64,000 bases of DNA from Octopus sinensis. Taxonomy: Eukaryota. Under the pieces are notes generated by a model that did not search any database, had not been told where the DNA came from, and saw only the letters and a program-made list of their open reading frames with translations. Shown here one piece after another: positions 1 to 13,575 of this stretch (positions within the stretch are counted from its first letter, which is position 1; each line of letters begins with the position of its first letter). A program made the translations under genes and the position numbers. Location of the stretch: NCBI RefSeq assembly GCF_006345805.1, contig NC_042997.1, positions 142,228,001 through 142,292,000 on the forward strand, given 5' to 3'.

Positions 1-2154
1 GTTGGTAAGAAGTTTGATTCTCAGCTCCCTACCATGACATCCTGTGATGCTTGTAAGCAAGCGCCACTGTCATGCAGACTGTCTTTCATTTTCAGTCTTC
101 TCAAACATGCCTGGTTATGGGGAAATATTACCTTACTTGGAAACAGATGTGAGTCAGAACAGGAAGAGCATCCGAGAGTGTAGAAAATCTGCCTCAACAG
201 ATTCTGTCTGACCCAATGGGAGCATGGAAAAGTGGACATTAAAACAATAATGATGTGATTGCTGAATGAACATTTTTTGGAAATAACCTGTAGAGGTGAT
301 TCGAAACCTAACTGCTAGATATTCAGTCAGATGTTACAAGTGAACCACCATAATTTCATCTGATTGGTCTATTAAGTGACCAGTCAGCATGAGGCTGTGA
401 TATAATGGGATATAATTTTCTCGAATGTTCTAATCCCCAATAATAAAAAAAAAATGTTATGCACTTTTTAATCGCAGAGTGTTGCAGGTTGCTGAGTGAC
501 CTGCGCCTCCATTCTTTGCCATGCAAATGGTTCAGAACATTTGTACAGCCATCTCCAGGTTCTCAGATAAACATGTTCTGAACATTTACACTATGACTCA
601 TAAGTAACTTCTACAGATGTGGTGTAGTTTTTCTCTCTATCCCAGTCGGAATTATTAATTAATATTAAATAGCCTGCACCAAATATCTTTTATGTCTGAC
701 AACAAATATTTCAGTTAAATGTTTGTGGGTTTTTATTCAGTGGGTTTTTATCCATGTAGCCAATGAAATATATCTTCATTTCGTTGCTACTCGAGTGACA
801 AGCAACTGGGGACAAACCCTTTCTTAACATTTTTATCTTTTTAATTTTAACTTAACTTTTTATCTCTTTATCGTCTCCCCTTGCTATTTTTTTTTTGTAT
901 TTTCTATCATTTCTGCTTTCTATTTATCCAGCTAGTTGCTTTTTGATTTTCTGTAACTTTTTCCATCACTTGGCCATTTCATCTCATCCTACTGTTTTTC
1001 ATGCTTATATATCTTCACATTTAAAGTTTATTCACCCTCTCCTCATTTTAATCTGTATATGAGAGAAACATATCTATCTTGACAATAGTCTAACATTATT
1101 TTTGTTGGAGTAATGTAGAATAAATACATTAATATAGTGTGTGCTTTCATTCGCTTAGCATATAATCTGTACTCTTCCTACTATTTAATACAATAGTATC
1201 TTTTTCTTCCTTTTTACCAGGAGCAGAACTAATTATTTATCATTAAATCTAAAGTATAATGTAAAAGTTCGAATCCAGTTTAAATTTAGCATTATTTATT
1301 GTACATTTGTAAATATTATTTTTCTTCCTTTCTCTTTGTCATATCTGTAAAACATAGCATAAATATCAGATTAACTTAGAGTTAAGTATTCTCTTCTACA
1401 TTTTATTTCCCTTTCATCTTTAAGCATACATTTAGATGCCAATATCTCATGTGTGCAGCTCATGGAAAAGATAGTTGAATTTGCATCAAAATTGTTCTGT
1501 ATAAAAAACATTAGCATATAGGAAAAATAATATGAAATGAAGGTGTATTCAGAAGATACCCTTCTTCCCGCAAGCTGGATGTGCAACATTTAAAAGCCTC
1601 TTATTAGGGAAGTTCATTCAAATTGGTAAAATTTTTTGTTTGATATGGATGAATCAACATCTGTTATTATATAGAAGTATTCTACTTCATAGCCAAGTCC
1701 TGTTATCGATCAACAGCCAAAAGCTCCTTGTAAGTCAGAAATGGAGACAATCATCTTTGTACTTCGAATTCCCCCCTTGCACACTATGAAGTCTTATTTT
1801 TTCTTGTCATTAATTAAGTATATTGTAACATTTGCATATCATATCATCTTTCACTTCCTGTTCATTTAAATTTTGCTCAACACATCCAGCTTAGTCAACA
1901 AAGATTATCTGTGATAGCACTACTATTTCATTTAATTTTTCTGACAGTTATGTTTATGCATAAATTTGACTTGAATTCACTAATTTTCCTATTAATATAG
2001 ATGCTAGAAGAAAAATATACCATATTTACTCATGCATAAGTTGTATCCCTTAAATCTTGAAAAAAATTTTTCTATTCACATTCAGACTTTCCCCATGTAA
2101 AGTCACAACCCAGGTTTTCAGTTAAAATCAAGTATAAAATAGTGCAATTGATAT

Positions 2155-2385
2155 GTGGAGTTGGCAGAAACGTTAGCATGCTGGGCGAAATGCTTAGCAG
2201 TATTTTGTCTGCCACTACATTCTGAGTTCAAATTCCACTGAGGTCGACTTTGCCTTTCATCCTTTCGGGGTCGATTAAATAAGTACCAGTAACGCACTGG
2301 GGTCGATATAATTGACTTAATCCATTTGTCTGTCCTTGTTTGTCCTCTGTGTTTAGTCCCTTGTGGGTAGTAAAGAAATAGGTAT
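2155..2385 (+). mobile_element. tRNA-derived SINE, family A (representative copy; similar copies near 10525, 24503, 33505-33897 on minus, 44705 on minus, 44987, 47405, 47688, 47895, 56190 on minus)
   Basis: Recurrent head (g)agctggcagaa.cgttagca, B-box-like gagttcaaattcc and shared core gtcgactttgcctttcatcctttcggggtcga, seen about ten times in the window. Confidence 0.8.
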
Positions 2386-3684
2386 ATTTTTATTAATTCT
2401 GAATTTGAAGTTTCCACTCAATGCTTTACATTAAATCACAAATATATCTGCTTCCAAAAAGAAAATCAAAAATAACAATTGAAACCCCCACCAGTTTCAA
2501 TGAACTCCCCACCCCCACCCATCCACCTCCTGGAGAAAAAAACATTTAAATGTAAACAGAACTGTAATCAACTGTTGCAAGTTTGTCACCTGCTTCTCTC
2601 ATCCTGTATTTACTACTGACTTAGCTTTCTTTCTCTTCCTTTTTAATTCCCTTTTACCCCTTTTACCAAAACTGGTTTGACACACACTCCGCCACATACA
2701 CATGACCAATTTTAAAGTCTACTCTTTATGTTTTTATTTCTCTCTCCCCCTCTCTCTCTTCCATCCACTCCCTTTACCCCTCTTACTCTCTTGTGGTTTT
2801 GTCAGTTTCTATTCTTTAAGCTTCTCCATTTCATTTAGTCATGACATATTTTTTGAATGTATATATTTTATTATAACATAGAGTTTATGTTTATGGATAC
2901 AAGGATGCATATAGAAACTGACACCCATTCATCATCTATAATTTGTGTTTAAAAATTATTACTGAGAAGTAACATATTCCAAATGGACTCTCCCTCCCAA
3001 AATGGCTAGACCAATGAAACTGATGTTCATACGTGTGTGTTTGTATGTGTATACACAAATGCACGCTAGATCTCTCAAAGTGAATGATACGTGTGGAGGG
3101 AGACCCAAGATGACATGGAATGAGGTACTGAAGGATGACCCCTGGACACTGAACTTCTCAGACAAGATGACAAAAGACTGAAATACCTGGTGCCTTGCTG
3201 TACTCAAGAAGACCCATCCTCCACAGCAGAGGTGTTAAGGCTGCTCCCCACTGGTGAAGATGATTGGCCTGCAAGAGTCGTGCTGGTGCCATATAAAAAG
3301 CACTTGTGCTGGTGACACATAAAAGTGCTTGTGCTGTACTGCATTAAAAGTACCCAACAGGCACTGTAATGTGGTTGGTGTTAGCAACCCAATGAAATCA
3401 GACTAAAACTTGTTGCAACTCTCCATCTTGCCAGCTCTGGTCAAAACATCTAACCCATGTCAGCATGGAAAATGGACATTAAAAGATGATGATGATGACA
3501 CACACATATGTATGTATATATATGTGTGTGTGTATGTGTATGCATATATCAGAGGTTATAATACTGTGAAGCTGAATGGAAAAGAGATGCAAACAGCTGG
3601 TCAACAAAGATCATGCAACTGTAGGATTCATGAGAACTACCTATTAGTCAGTAACTGTCTGACAAAGGCAATAGTACTCAAGTT

Positions 3685-4330
3685 GGTATTAAAAGGTTCC
3701 TGGACTAATTATTTTTGATAGAAAAATAACTTATTTACTTAAGTTTTAACATCATCTCTTTCAAGATAGTCACCCTCAGCAGTAATACACTAGTCCCATT
3801 GTTTCTACAACCTTTGGAATCTGGCCTGGAAGTTGTTTTACATAAGTGAGTTGAGGGCCTTCTGCAATTTGCTTGGGATCTTAACAAGGGTGTTAAGATG
3901 GCAACTTTTGAGCTGCATTTTCATCTTGTGGAAGAGTCGAAAGTTCACAGGTGCTAAATCTGGCAAATAAGGCAGGTGCGGAAAGGATACCATGTTGTTT
4001 TTGGTGAGGAACTCACAAGTGAAGAGAGCTTGATGAAGAATCCAGTTCTTCATGCTCCACAGATCTGGTTGCTTTTGCCAAATCTCCTTCCTCAAATACT
4101 TCAAAACATTGCAGTAGAACTTTCAATTGACAGCCTGGCCCTGGGGGATAAATTCTCAATTCACAATACCACATTTCTTGAGGGTGACACTTGTGGCAGG
4201 TCTTCCAGATCACTCATTGTCTTTCAGGGAGGTTCTGCTTTTGAAGTGCCTGTGCTAACCGAAACATTATGTATGACCCATTGGCTCTTTGTTCCTTCCC
4301 TTGACAAAATCACATATATGTATGTCTGCA
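3685..4330 (-). mobile_element. mariner transposase 3' fragment, degenerate
   Basis: ORF 3838-4104 contains WILHQ...FLTKNNMVSFPHLPYLPDLAPVNFRLF, matching the mariner YSPDLAP motif; frame disrupted. Confidence 0.8.
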
Positions 4331-6753
4331 GAGGCACATGCAAAATGAACATGTACATATACATTTGCTGTTTAAAAAATTGTTAATTAAAGGTATTAGT
4401 TAGTAGTATTACTTTAAAAAAGTATTACTCAAACTGCAATGTAATTTCATGAGTAAAGTTATTAGAGTGGTTTTGCTTGTATGAAATTTAAGACACTTAT
4501 AATATTACCGTGAGAACCAGAAATGAAATCAAATACATGAGCTTGAAACAGCTGTTTTTGCACATGTTGCTCACAAAGGCTTTTAAACAAAAGAATATTG
4601 GTGTTGTCTTCAAAGTTTCATTTCATATTTCAAAAGAAAAGCAGGCTCAGTTTATACCAGCTGATGGCTGGAAGTGAGTAGCTCTGACGACTGGAAATTG
4701 GAGCCTTTCAGTTATGATTTGTTAAAAGAATACCTTACATATGTATTGAGTCCTGTAATTTATTAATTCTGGTGAATCAACAGATATATCATCATCATCA
4801 TTGTTTAACATCTTTCTTTCATGCTGGCATAGGTTGGATGGTTTGACAGCAGCTGGCCAGGCAGGAGTCTAAACCAGATTTTTGTATCTGTTTTGGCAGG
4901 GTTTTTACAGCTGGATACCCTTCCTAATGTCAACTACCCAGCAATCATCATCATCATCATCATAATTTAAAGTCCATTTCCCATGTTGGCATGGGTTGGA
5001 TGGTTTGATCAGAGTTGGCAAGCTGGAAAGATGTACCAAGTACAAGTCTGATTTGGTTTGGTTTCCACTGCTGAATGCCATGCCAACCACTTTACAGAGG
5101 GTGTTGGGTGCTTTTTATGTGGTACCAGCATGGGTGTCTTTTATATGGATTAGCACAGGTGCTTTCTATGGGTGCTTTTTACATGCACGCACAAGCACAC
5201 ACACGCCTTATAGTTTGGGGTTGAGCCAAAGCTTGTGAGTTAAAACTGTGTAGATGGGAAATGTCCAGAAGTCTGTTGAATGAATTGAAGCTGTTTTCAG
5301 GATGTTGACTTTGTCAGCTGCAACAACACATTCCTGTGTTTGTCATTTAACAGAAATAACTCTTTGGCAAGCATTCAGTGGTGGGCTATGGTCTGAAGCA
5401 AAGCCTCTTATCTCAGTGGCTCTGCAAATTGTCATGGGCTCTACCTTATTATCTCCTTTGACTAAGCCACAAAAATAAAAATAATAGTTGACAGTCAACA
5501 AAATATTATTGTCCTTGTTTAAGCTGAAATGAACCATTTGTTATGTCCTTATCTTTTACTTGTTTTGGTTCTTGGACTGTGACCTTATTTGGGTGCTACA
5601 TTCAGGCTAGTACCTTGAATGGTGTAGTTGAACAAAACGACCCCAATACTTATTCCATCAGCCTCTTATACTGAACCACTAAGTTATGGAGTTGTAAGAA
5701 ACCAATAACAGTTTTCAAGCCATAGTGGAGGACAAACACAAAGACGTGCACACACATGCATGCACATACACACACACACATGCATACACACACATGTGCA
5801 TGCGCACAGACACATGCATAGACAATACACACACACACACACACACACATATGAATCATATTACACTTTGTACTTGCCCAGTGTTTTATTCTGAAGCATA
5901 CATATATTGAGTAGTAACAACAGTTTATAAGTATTGTTATGCCTAAGCAAAATCATAAAATATGTATACTATAGGCTTCCACACAGTTTCCATTTATGAA
6001 ATTGACTTGCATAGCATTGTTCACCATGGGGCTACAGTAGAAGACCCATGCCCATGGTGCTGCACAATGAGGCAGAACTCCAAAGCACATGGTTGCCAAG
6101 CAAGCTTCTTAACCACAGAGCCATGGTGGTGCCTATGTCGATTTATATTTAAATAGTGAAACCTAGGTACAAGTTGGTGAGTGCTTTCACATTGATTTTA
6201 TTTATATGTTTGAAGCTGCTTTTATTTGTAATTTCTTTTGAATTGACTTTAACTCTTTGCCAACAGCAACTGCTAAGTTCATGAAACTTTATGCTATAAA
6301 TGGTTTATGCTACAATCAATACAGGAAAGGAAATAAAAAAAAGAATGTGACAGCATCTATATCAATGCTGATTTAAAAACACATTATAACTTGCCAAATC
6401 TCAAATTTTATGAATTTAATTTACTTACTTATATCACATCCTTTATATGGTTGAAGTAATTACATGACTAATTAATTACCTTTTAGCACATATTTATTAG
6501 TTTAGCAAACAACTGATTACACCTCATTCTCTTTAAACTATAGAATTTGGTAATGTGGTACTATCTATAAATTCGCCGAAAGTCTTTAACTCTGCTGCAA
6601 ATAAAACGTTTTATCTTTTATGTTGCCACTTTAAGTTTTCATGGCCATAGATGCAAAGCATGGCTGTGTGGTTAAGAAGCTTGCTTCCCAGCCATGTTTT
6701 TCTTGGGTTCAGTCCCACTGCACAGCACTTTAATCAAATGTCTTCTATTATAA

Positions 6754-7021
6754 CAGTGGTTCCTAAACTTTTTTGGGTGCCACACCCTTGACACTCAGGC
6801 CACATTCCTAGCGCCCCCATCCCCAACTAACCGTCACAAACATAGACATCTTTCTAAAGCAAATCCAAAGCAAATGTATTTCACAAATAAAAATTAACCT
6901 AATGAACCCATTATTTTGTTGTTTTTACATGAATCGCTACCCCATTATCACCCCACTTCAATGCTCCTTGGAACATTCCACCGCCGTCGAGGGGCAATAC
7001 CACCCACTTTGGGAACCACTG
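6754..7021. mobile_element. hAT (Charlie-like) MITE nested in a SINE
   Basis: TIRs CAGTGGTTCCTAAA / TTTGGGAACCACTG; 8-bp TSD TATTATAA at 6746-6753 and 7022-7029; interrupts a SINE that runs about 6655-7070. Confidence 0.9.
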
Positions 7022-7161
7022 TATTATAACCTTGGGTCAACCAAAACTATATAAGTGGATTTGATATATGCATGTATGTATGTATGTATACATGCATCTC
7101 TGTCTGTCTGTAAGTTTATATGTATGTATGTACATACATTATGTACATATGTAATGTACGT

Positions 7162-7209
<48 letters not shown>

Positions 7210-7261
7210 AGGTTAAACACAAGCACATTCACACACATACACAGACACCTTGTAATATAGA

Positions 7262-8080
7262 CACCAAGTAAATAGACACCTTTAATTTTCAAAATCTTTT
7301 TAATATGCAAAGCAAACAATTGAAATGTAATCGATAGGTAGGACTACATACTTTGGCATTTAGTTGACATTCCTTTTGCAGTTTTTAAATCAAAAACTCT
7401 TTTTGGCATTGAACTGAAGAGCTTTGTGATAGTCTCTTGTGAAATTTCTGCCCACTTTTCATGCAACAATCAAAACAATTCATCTTTAGATATAGGTTTC
7501 TGTTGAGTTTTCTGTATAACTCTATCTAGTATGCTCCAAAGATTTTCAATTGGGTTCATGTCAGGAGATTGGCTTGGCCAAGAAAGCTTTTTGATCCCAT
7601 TCTCAGTCAGCCATTGCTGATTCCTTTTTGCTGTGTGTCATGGAGCCCCATCTTCCATGAATTAAAACTAATTTTTCATTATGTTATCCTGTGAATACTT
7701 CAGAAATAGTCCTTGCTTAAGTATTTCGATGTATTTTTCAGAGTTTATGGTTCCAGCACATTCAGTCAGCTCAGAATGACCATTGCTGGTGACAGATCCC
7801 CATACCATTACAGAGATACTGCCATGTTTCACAATTGGTTGGAGTTGTTTCAAATCAAATTCTTGATTGAGAAGCCTCCAGACCCAAACACGTCCACTAT
7901 CTGAAAATAATGCAAATTTGGATTCATCTGAGAAAATCACTCTATCCCAAAATTAACTGGATTTTTCTGATATCTCCTTAGCCCATTTCTTTCTTTTCAT
8001 GATATTAATTGGTTGAAGGAGAGGTTTTCTTCTAGCTGCTCGTCCATAATACCCGAGCTTATGCAGATTTGTAACACACG
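7262..8080 (-). mobile_element. Tc1-like (DD34E) transposase remnant
   Basis: IFSDESKF...VKHGSISVMVWG in ORF 7668-7940; downstream minus-strand reading gives EDGAP*HTAK and WPSQSPDMNPIENLW; stops present. Confidence 0.88.
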
Positions 8081-8084
8081 TTCT

Positions 8085-8901
8085 TGCACTTGTATAAAAG
8101 TCATGTTCTTTTCAAAATATGCTCCAAATGGCCTCCATAGCATTGGAGGCACACTTGCATACGTCATACAAAATTGTCAGTTACTTGAACACATTCCTCT
8201 TTGGTGATTTCTGAACTGCCTTCAGTTCACCAATCGTTTGAGTGTTGTTCTGGTAAACATTATTCTTGAGATATCCCCACAGATAAAAACCTAGGGGAAG
8301 GGGTTCAAGTCTAGTGAATGCGGTGCCTACTCAATATCACACTTCCTTGCTGATCAATCTCTTCTGAACTCACTCTCTCAGCCAGGTTAGGGAGTCATTT
8401 GATGCATGGTGGGTGGCCATGTCTTGCTGCAACCACTGTTCATCTCAATCTATCATTCTGTGTCGTCCCAGTGATGCTCAAAACTTCGTCAGCACTGCCA
8501 CATAGTACTCTGTATTTACCCTTTGAGCTCTCTCTTTTTTGTCTTCGAACCAATATGGGCCAATGATGCCATGTTTAGAGATTGCCACCCCATGCTGTGA
8601 ACATTGTTGAGTGTAAAGACCTCTGAAACACTTCCTCCGGTGCAGATTTACCCCAATAAACATTATTTTTGCTGTGTACGTGTCCTGTAGCAAAAAGTGT
8701 GCTTCGTCAGTATATTGACTTGTTGGTGAAATAGGCCTCCAGGCAAAATGTCTTTTCTTTGGTTGACCAAGACATGTTGGGGTAGACTATTGTTCCAATC
8801 TTTCATCCACAAAGTCGACTTATATACCTTGAAAGAGAAATTAAAATTAACAGTTTTATTCAAAGATTTGTGGGTTCTGTTTCTTTTGGGGTCACCCTGT
8901 A
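8085..8901 (-). mobile_element. Tc1/mariner-superfamily element (maT/rosa-like DDD group), degenerate
   Basis: Minus-strand motifs GIIGPYWFE, DLNP..FYLWGYLKNNVY and CYGGHLEHIL; terminal TACAGGGTGACCCC at about 8888-8901. Confidence 0.72.
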
Positions 8902-10067
8902 TAATACTGCACTCTCACCCAAATTTGAGGCTTAGTACCAATATGGAAGCACTGTATTTATTTGACGAGTGATTTGAATCAATATTATGTTGAAACAGTA
9001 TATTCCATTGTGGTACAAATTGAAAGCAATTATAACACATATACAATTATGTTATCTATAGAATGAAACTAATAATAATTTAATTCATGGCCTACCATGA
9101 CCTCCTCCTCTCTCCCCCCTTTCCTTAGCTGACCTGATTACTAAGCTGTTTCAACAAAGATCCAACCTGACCTCACTTTATTATGATAAAAATAAAATCA
9201 TAATAAAGAATGTGATTGCTAATAAATTATTTAGGTGCAGGTGTGGGCATGTGGTAAGAAGTTGCATAGCACCTTGAGCAAGTATGTTTTTACTATAGCC
9301 TCAGGCTGATCAAAACCCCAGTGGATTTGGTAGATGGAAACTGAAAGAAGCTCATCGTATGTGTGTATGTGTATGTGTGTGTGCACGCATGTGTGTGTGT
9401 GTATATCTCTGTGTATGTGTGTGTATATCTGTGTTTGCGTGTATATCTATGTGTGTGTGTGTCTTTGTGTCTCTTTGTGTGTGTATATCTATGTGTGTGT
9501 GTGTCTTTGTGTCTCTTTGTACCCCACCTCTGCTTGATAACTGGAGTTGGTGTGTTTATGTCTCCGTAACTTAGCAGTTTGGCAGAAGAGACCGATAGAA
9601 TAAGTACCAGGCTTTAAAAAATAGGTCCTGGGGTTGATTTATTTGATTTAAGTGATTGAAACAAGTAAAATATAAAAGATAGTAGAGGATGTGATCGTTA
9701 ATAAATTATTTAGGAGAATAAATATTTTGCTGGCCTGCATCACCTTGTGATGTTAGCATGATAACAAATGTGATATGAAATGTGTCATCATCATCATCAT
9801 CCTTTTACATGGGTTGGTCAGGTTGTCATGGTAGGAATCAATTCTTATTTAGAGTTACTGACCTCCTAAGTGTGGTTGGAGGTGGAAGTGAGGGACATAA
9901 CTTGCTTGTATATTTTATTTTGACATAGTTTCTAGATGCAGTCGGTACGTTTTAGTGTGGCGCCAACACTAGAGAGGTCATGTCCTCAACAAGATTAAAG
10001 GATCCTCTTGATACTACTGTATATCTTATTATTATGGCTCAGAGCTATATAATTGTTAGCATGTTGG

Positions 10068-10335
10068 AAAAAATTTGGCACTTCTTAAATACAGAGGTCC
10101 CACTTAAATACAGAGGTTCTGAACAGTGTATACTCATTAGGGTTAGGGCTAGTTTTTAGGGTTAGGTTTTAAGGTTAGGGTTAATTTTAGGGTTAGGGTT
10201 AGTTTTTAGAGTTAGGGTTAGTTTTTAGAGTTAGGGTTAGTTTTAGGGTTAGGATTAGGGTTAGGATTACCTCCCCTTTATATTGTTATGCAGATGTGTC
10301 AGGACCTCTGTATTTCTGTAGTACCCCAAATTTTT
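10068..10335. mobile_element. non-autonomous DNA element with subterminal inverted repeats and an internal degenerate (TTAGGG)n array
   Basis: AATACAGAGGTCC present twice at the left end, its inverse GGACCTCTGTATT at the right end; ttagggttag variants fill about 10137-10270. Confidence 0.65.
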
Positions 10336-10754
10336 AGGGTTATTTCTTCATTATATTCTGAATATATTATATACTGTCAATACTGACTTTGCCTTTCTTC
10401 CTTTTGTGCATGATAAAATAAAGTACCAGTCAAGTACTGGAGTTGGTGTGATTGATTTACTCCTTTAAAATTGCTGACCTTGTACAAAAATTTGAAACTA
10501 TTATTATTATTATTATTATTATTTTTAGTGAGCTAGCAGAATCGTTAGCATGCTGGGCAAAAATGCTTAGCAGTATTTTGCCCATCTTCACAGTCTGCGT
10601 TCAAATTCTGCTGAAGTCGACTTTGCCTTTCATCCTTTCAGGGTCAATGAAATAATTACCAGTTGAGCACTGGAGTTGATGTAATTGAGTTAGCCCCTCC
10701 CCACAAATTTCAGGCCATGTACCTATAGTAGGAAAGACTATTATTATTATTATG

Positions 10755-11090
10755 CTGTGACTCAGTGGTTAGAGCATCAGGCTCACAATCATGAGGTAGT
10801 GAGTTCGATTCCTGGACCAGGCCTTGTGTTGTGTTCTTGAGTAAGGCACTTTATTTCATGTTGCTCCTATTCACTCAGCTGTTGAAATGAGTTGCGATGC
10901 CACTGATTCCAAGCAATACCAGCCTTTGCCTTCCTTTTAGATAATGTCAGTGGTGTGGAGAGGAGAAGCTGATATGCATGGGTGACTGCTGGTCTCCCAT
11001 AAACAACCTTGCCCAGACTTGTGCCTCAGAGGGGAACTTACTCGGTGCAATCCCATAGTCTTTCAATGACCAAAGGGGTCTTTATCCTTC
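10755..11090 (+). mobile_element. tRNA-headed SINE, second family (another copy at about 48305-48630)
   Basis: A-box-like tgactcagtggttagagc, B-box gagttcgattcc, body closely similar to 48305-48630. Confidence 0.8.
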
Positions 11091-12605
11091 TGCTATTATT
11101 CAAAACTTTTACAATTATCTTTAACAAATTCTATGGTACACTTTTGGTTTTTATCATCCCGCAGTGTACATATCCCAAGTAGACTGTGCTATAGTATAAA
11201 TGGTCCTGTAGACTGTGCTATGATTTTTGTTTTCAAACTTTTACATTCAGTTATCCAACCTTCTACGTTTATTGTGTGTGCAAATCCTAAACTGAGCATT
11301 TCTATGAACTTATATACACCATTATTGTTATTGTTGTTTAACCTCAAGTCACTTCTTACCTATGCTCAAAGGCATTCCATCTCTGAATATTTTGTGCTTA
11401 TGTCAGATACTTTTATTTATTGTGTCTTATTTGAATATTTTTTTAAGACAGTAGAATGTGATTTGAGTGAGAGATTTAAACTGCTATTTTTAGTATGTTG
11501 AGCGAACACATTAGGTTTCCTTATTGGCTTGAACATAAATGTGTGTGTGTGTATATTATGGATGTGTAAAAGAGAAAGAGATAGAGAGAGAGAGTGCTTC
11601 TGTGTGCATACATGTGCATGTGTGCATGCACACACTTGACCATTGCACATTTTTGCTAGCATACCATCAAATTTTCTTCACTTTTTATTATGCTATCCAA
11701 AACAAAAGCCAGAAAAAAAATCTCTATGTTTGGTTTATATTTCAAGAGTACTTCACTCATTTTCACAACTCATTAAACTGCATGTCATATCCATTTAGTA
11801 ATTCTTGTCTTAATTATAAACTGGCCATTTGAAACAAGAAGCGCTACTTGGAGACAAGTACCTCTTACACAATACAAGTTAATGCCACAATTTTGAAAAC
11901 TAACTTGTTGTCTTTGTATTCAATATACTCACAAAATTAGTAGAAATAGTAGTATAGTATTGAAGAACATTCTTTGTGGTTGTGATTATTTATTATAGTT
12001 CTATATATTGTGGGTTCAAATCTTGCCAGAGTTGACTTTGCCTTTTTGTTGTTCTTGGGCCTTCATTGACCAAGGTAGAGAATGTATCTGCACATACATG
12101 CACAGACCTGGGCAAGATATTATTTTTAGGAAGATTGGCATGATTATGTGACTAAGAAGTTTGCTTCCCAACTATATGGTTTTTAATTCAGTCCCACAAC
12201 ACAGCACCTTGATCATTTACTGTTTCCCTCTGCTGACCAAAGCCCTGCAGGTAGATTTGGCTGACAAAACCTGAAAGAAGTCCATGGTGTGTGTGTGTGT
12301 GTGTGTGTGCATGCAAGTGAGTATATATTTGTGTCTCCTTACCTTGAGTTGCATGATCGTTGTAAATGAATGTCATTCATTTCCACTATTTTGTGAAAAT
12401 GTGCCTGACCATGGGGGAAGTATCTTACTTGAAAACAGGTAAGGGTTAGCAACAGGAAGGGTGTCTGCCTCAATAAACTCTGTCCAACTCTGTGGAAAAG
12501 CGGGTGTAAAAACGGTGATGTTAGTTGCTTGTGCATGCAAGTCTCTCCTCTCAACATCACTGACATTTGTCCAAAAGAAAGGCCACTGCTTAGCACCAGT
12601 ATTAT

Positions 12606-13575
12606 TAAATAATAATAATAATAATAATAATAATTGTGTACAGTGCTCAGGTGCACTACAACTCATCTAAAGTGTATATATAATCAGGTGAAGTTTCGGC
12701 GGATTTCGGAAAGCATGAGGGCCTTAAAAGATGCAGTGTCATGGCAGTCAACAACTGACGCAGGCAGTTTATTCCATGCTTCAGCAACTCTGAGCGTGAA
12801 AAAATGTTTCCGAAAGTCATGGGAGCTGTATTGTTTTCTGACTTTGTAGGCATGTCCACGTGTGTTAGACACATGGAGATCAAAAAGGTGTTCAGTGTTG
12901 TTGTTGGTGAGGTGGTTGATAACTTTGTGGGTGTTTACCAAGTCCGTCGCCAAACGCCGGAGCTTCAGTGAATCCATGCCCAGGGAAACAAGGCGCTCAG
13001 AATATGGTAGGTGTCTGATGGAGGGTATGCGTTTGGTTGCACGTCTCTGGACAGATTCCAGGAGGTCAATGTTCTGTGCAAGATAGGGGTTCCAAACTGA
13101 TGATGCGAATTCCAAGTGTGGTCGTACCATAGCTGTATACAGTTTTAAATAGATGGCTGGAGAGCGGCTAACAAAAGACCTGCTGAGTGATGCCAAGACA
13201 CCCTCGGCCTTCCTGACAATCTTAGAGATATGCTTTGACCAACGCAAATCACTGCTGACAGTGATGCCTAGGTCACGCTCGCAAGAGGATTTCTTGATAT
13301 CAGTGTTGTGGAGGGAGTATGTGAACGCAGGGTTTTTTCTCCAAAATGCATGGTGGTACACTTGTCCACAGCCAGTTTCAGTTGCCAGTCTGTGATCCAT
13401 TGCTGCATTGTGTCTAGGTCTGATTGCAGGAAAGAGTTGTAGACATCAGGATCTGTCCTCTTGATTTCAAGGTACAGCTTGATGTCGTCTGCATATTTCA
13501 ATACTGTGGCATTCTTTAAATTGGCATCTATGTCGTTAATGTATGCCACAAACAAGAGGGGACCAAGGACAGGTG
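12606..13575 (-). mobile_element. CR1/L2-group LINE, 5'-truncated 3' fragment (RT C-terminus, 3' UTR, (TTA)n tail)
   Basis: VLGPLLFVAYIND...KYADDIKLY then, after one frameshift, ERDLGITVSSDLRWSKHI...VRPHLEFASSVWNP...LESVQRRATK...RVAEAWNKLP. Confidence 0.93.

Noticed and set aside
1675-1735. Candidate small exon ending in GTAAGT
   Set aside because: Weak acceptor and no recognisable peptide; cannot be supported without transcripts
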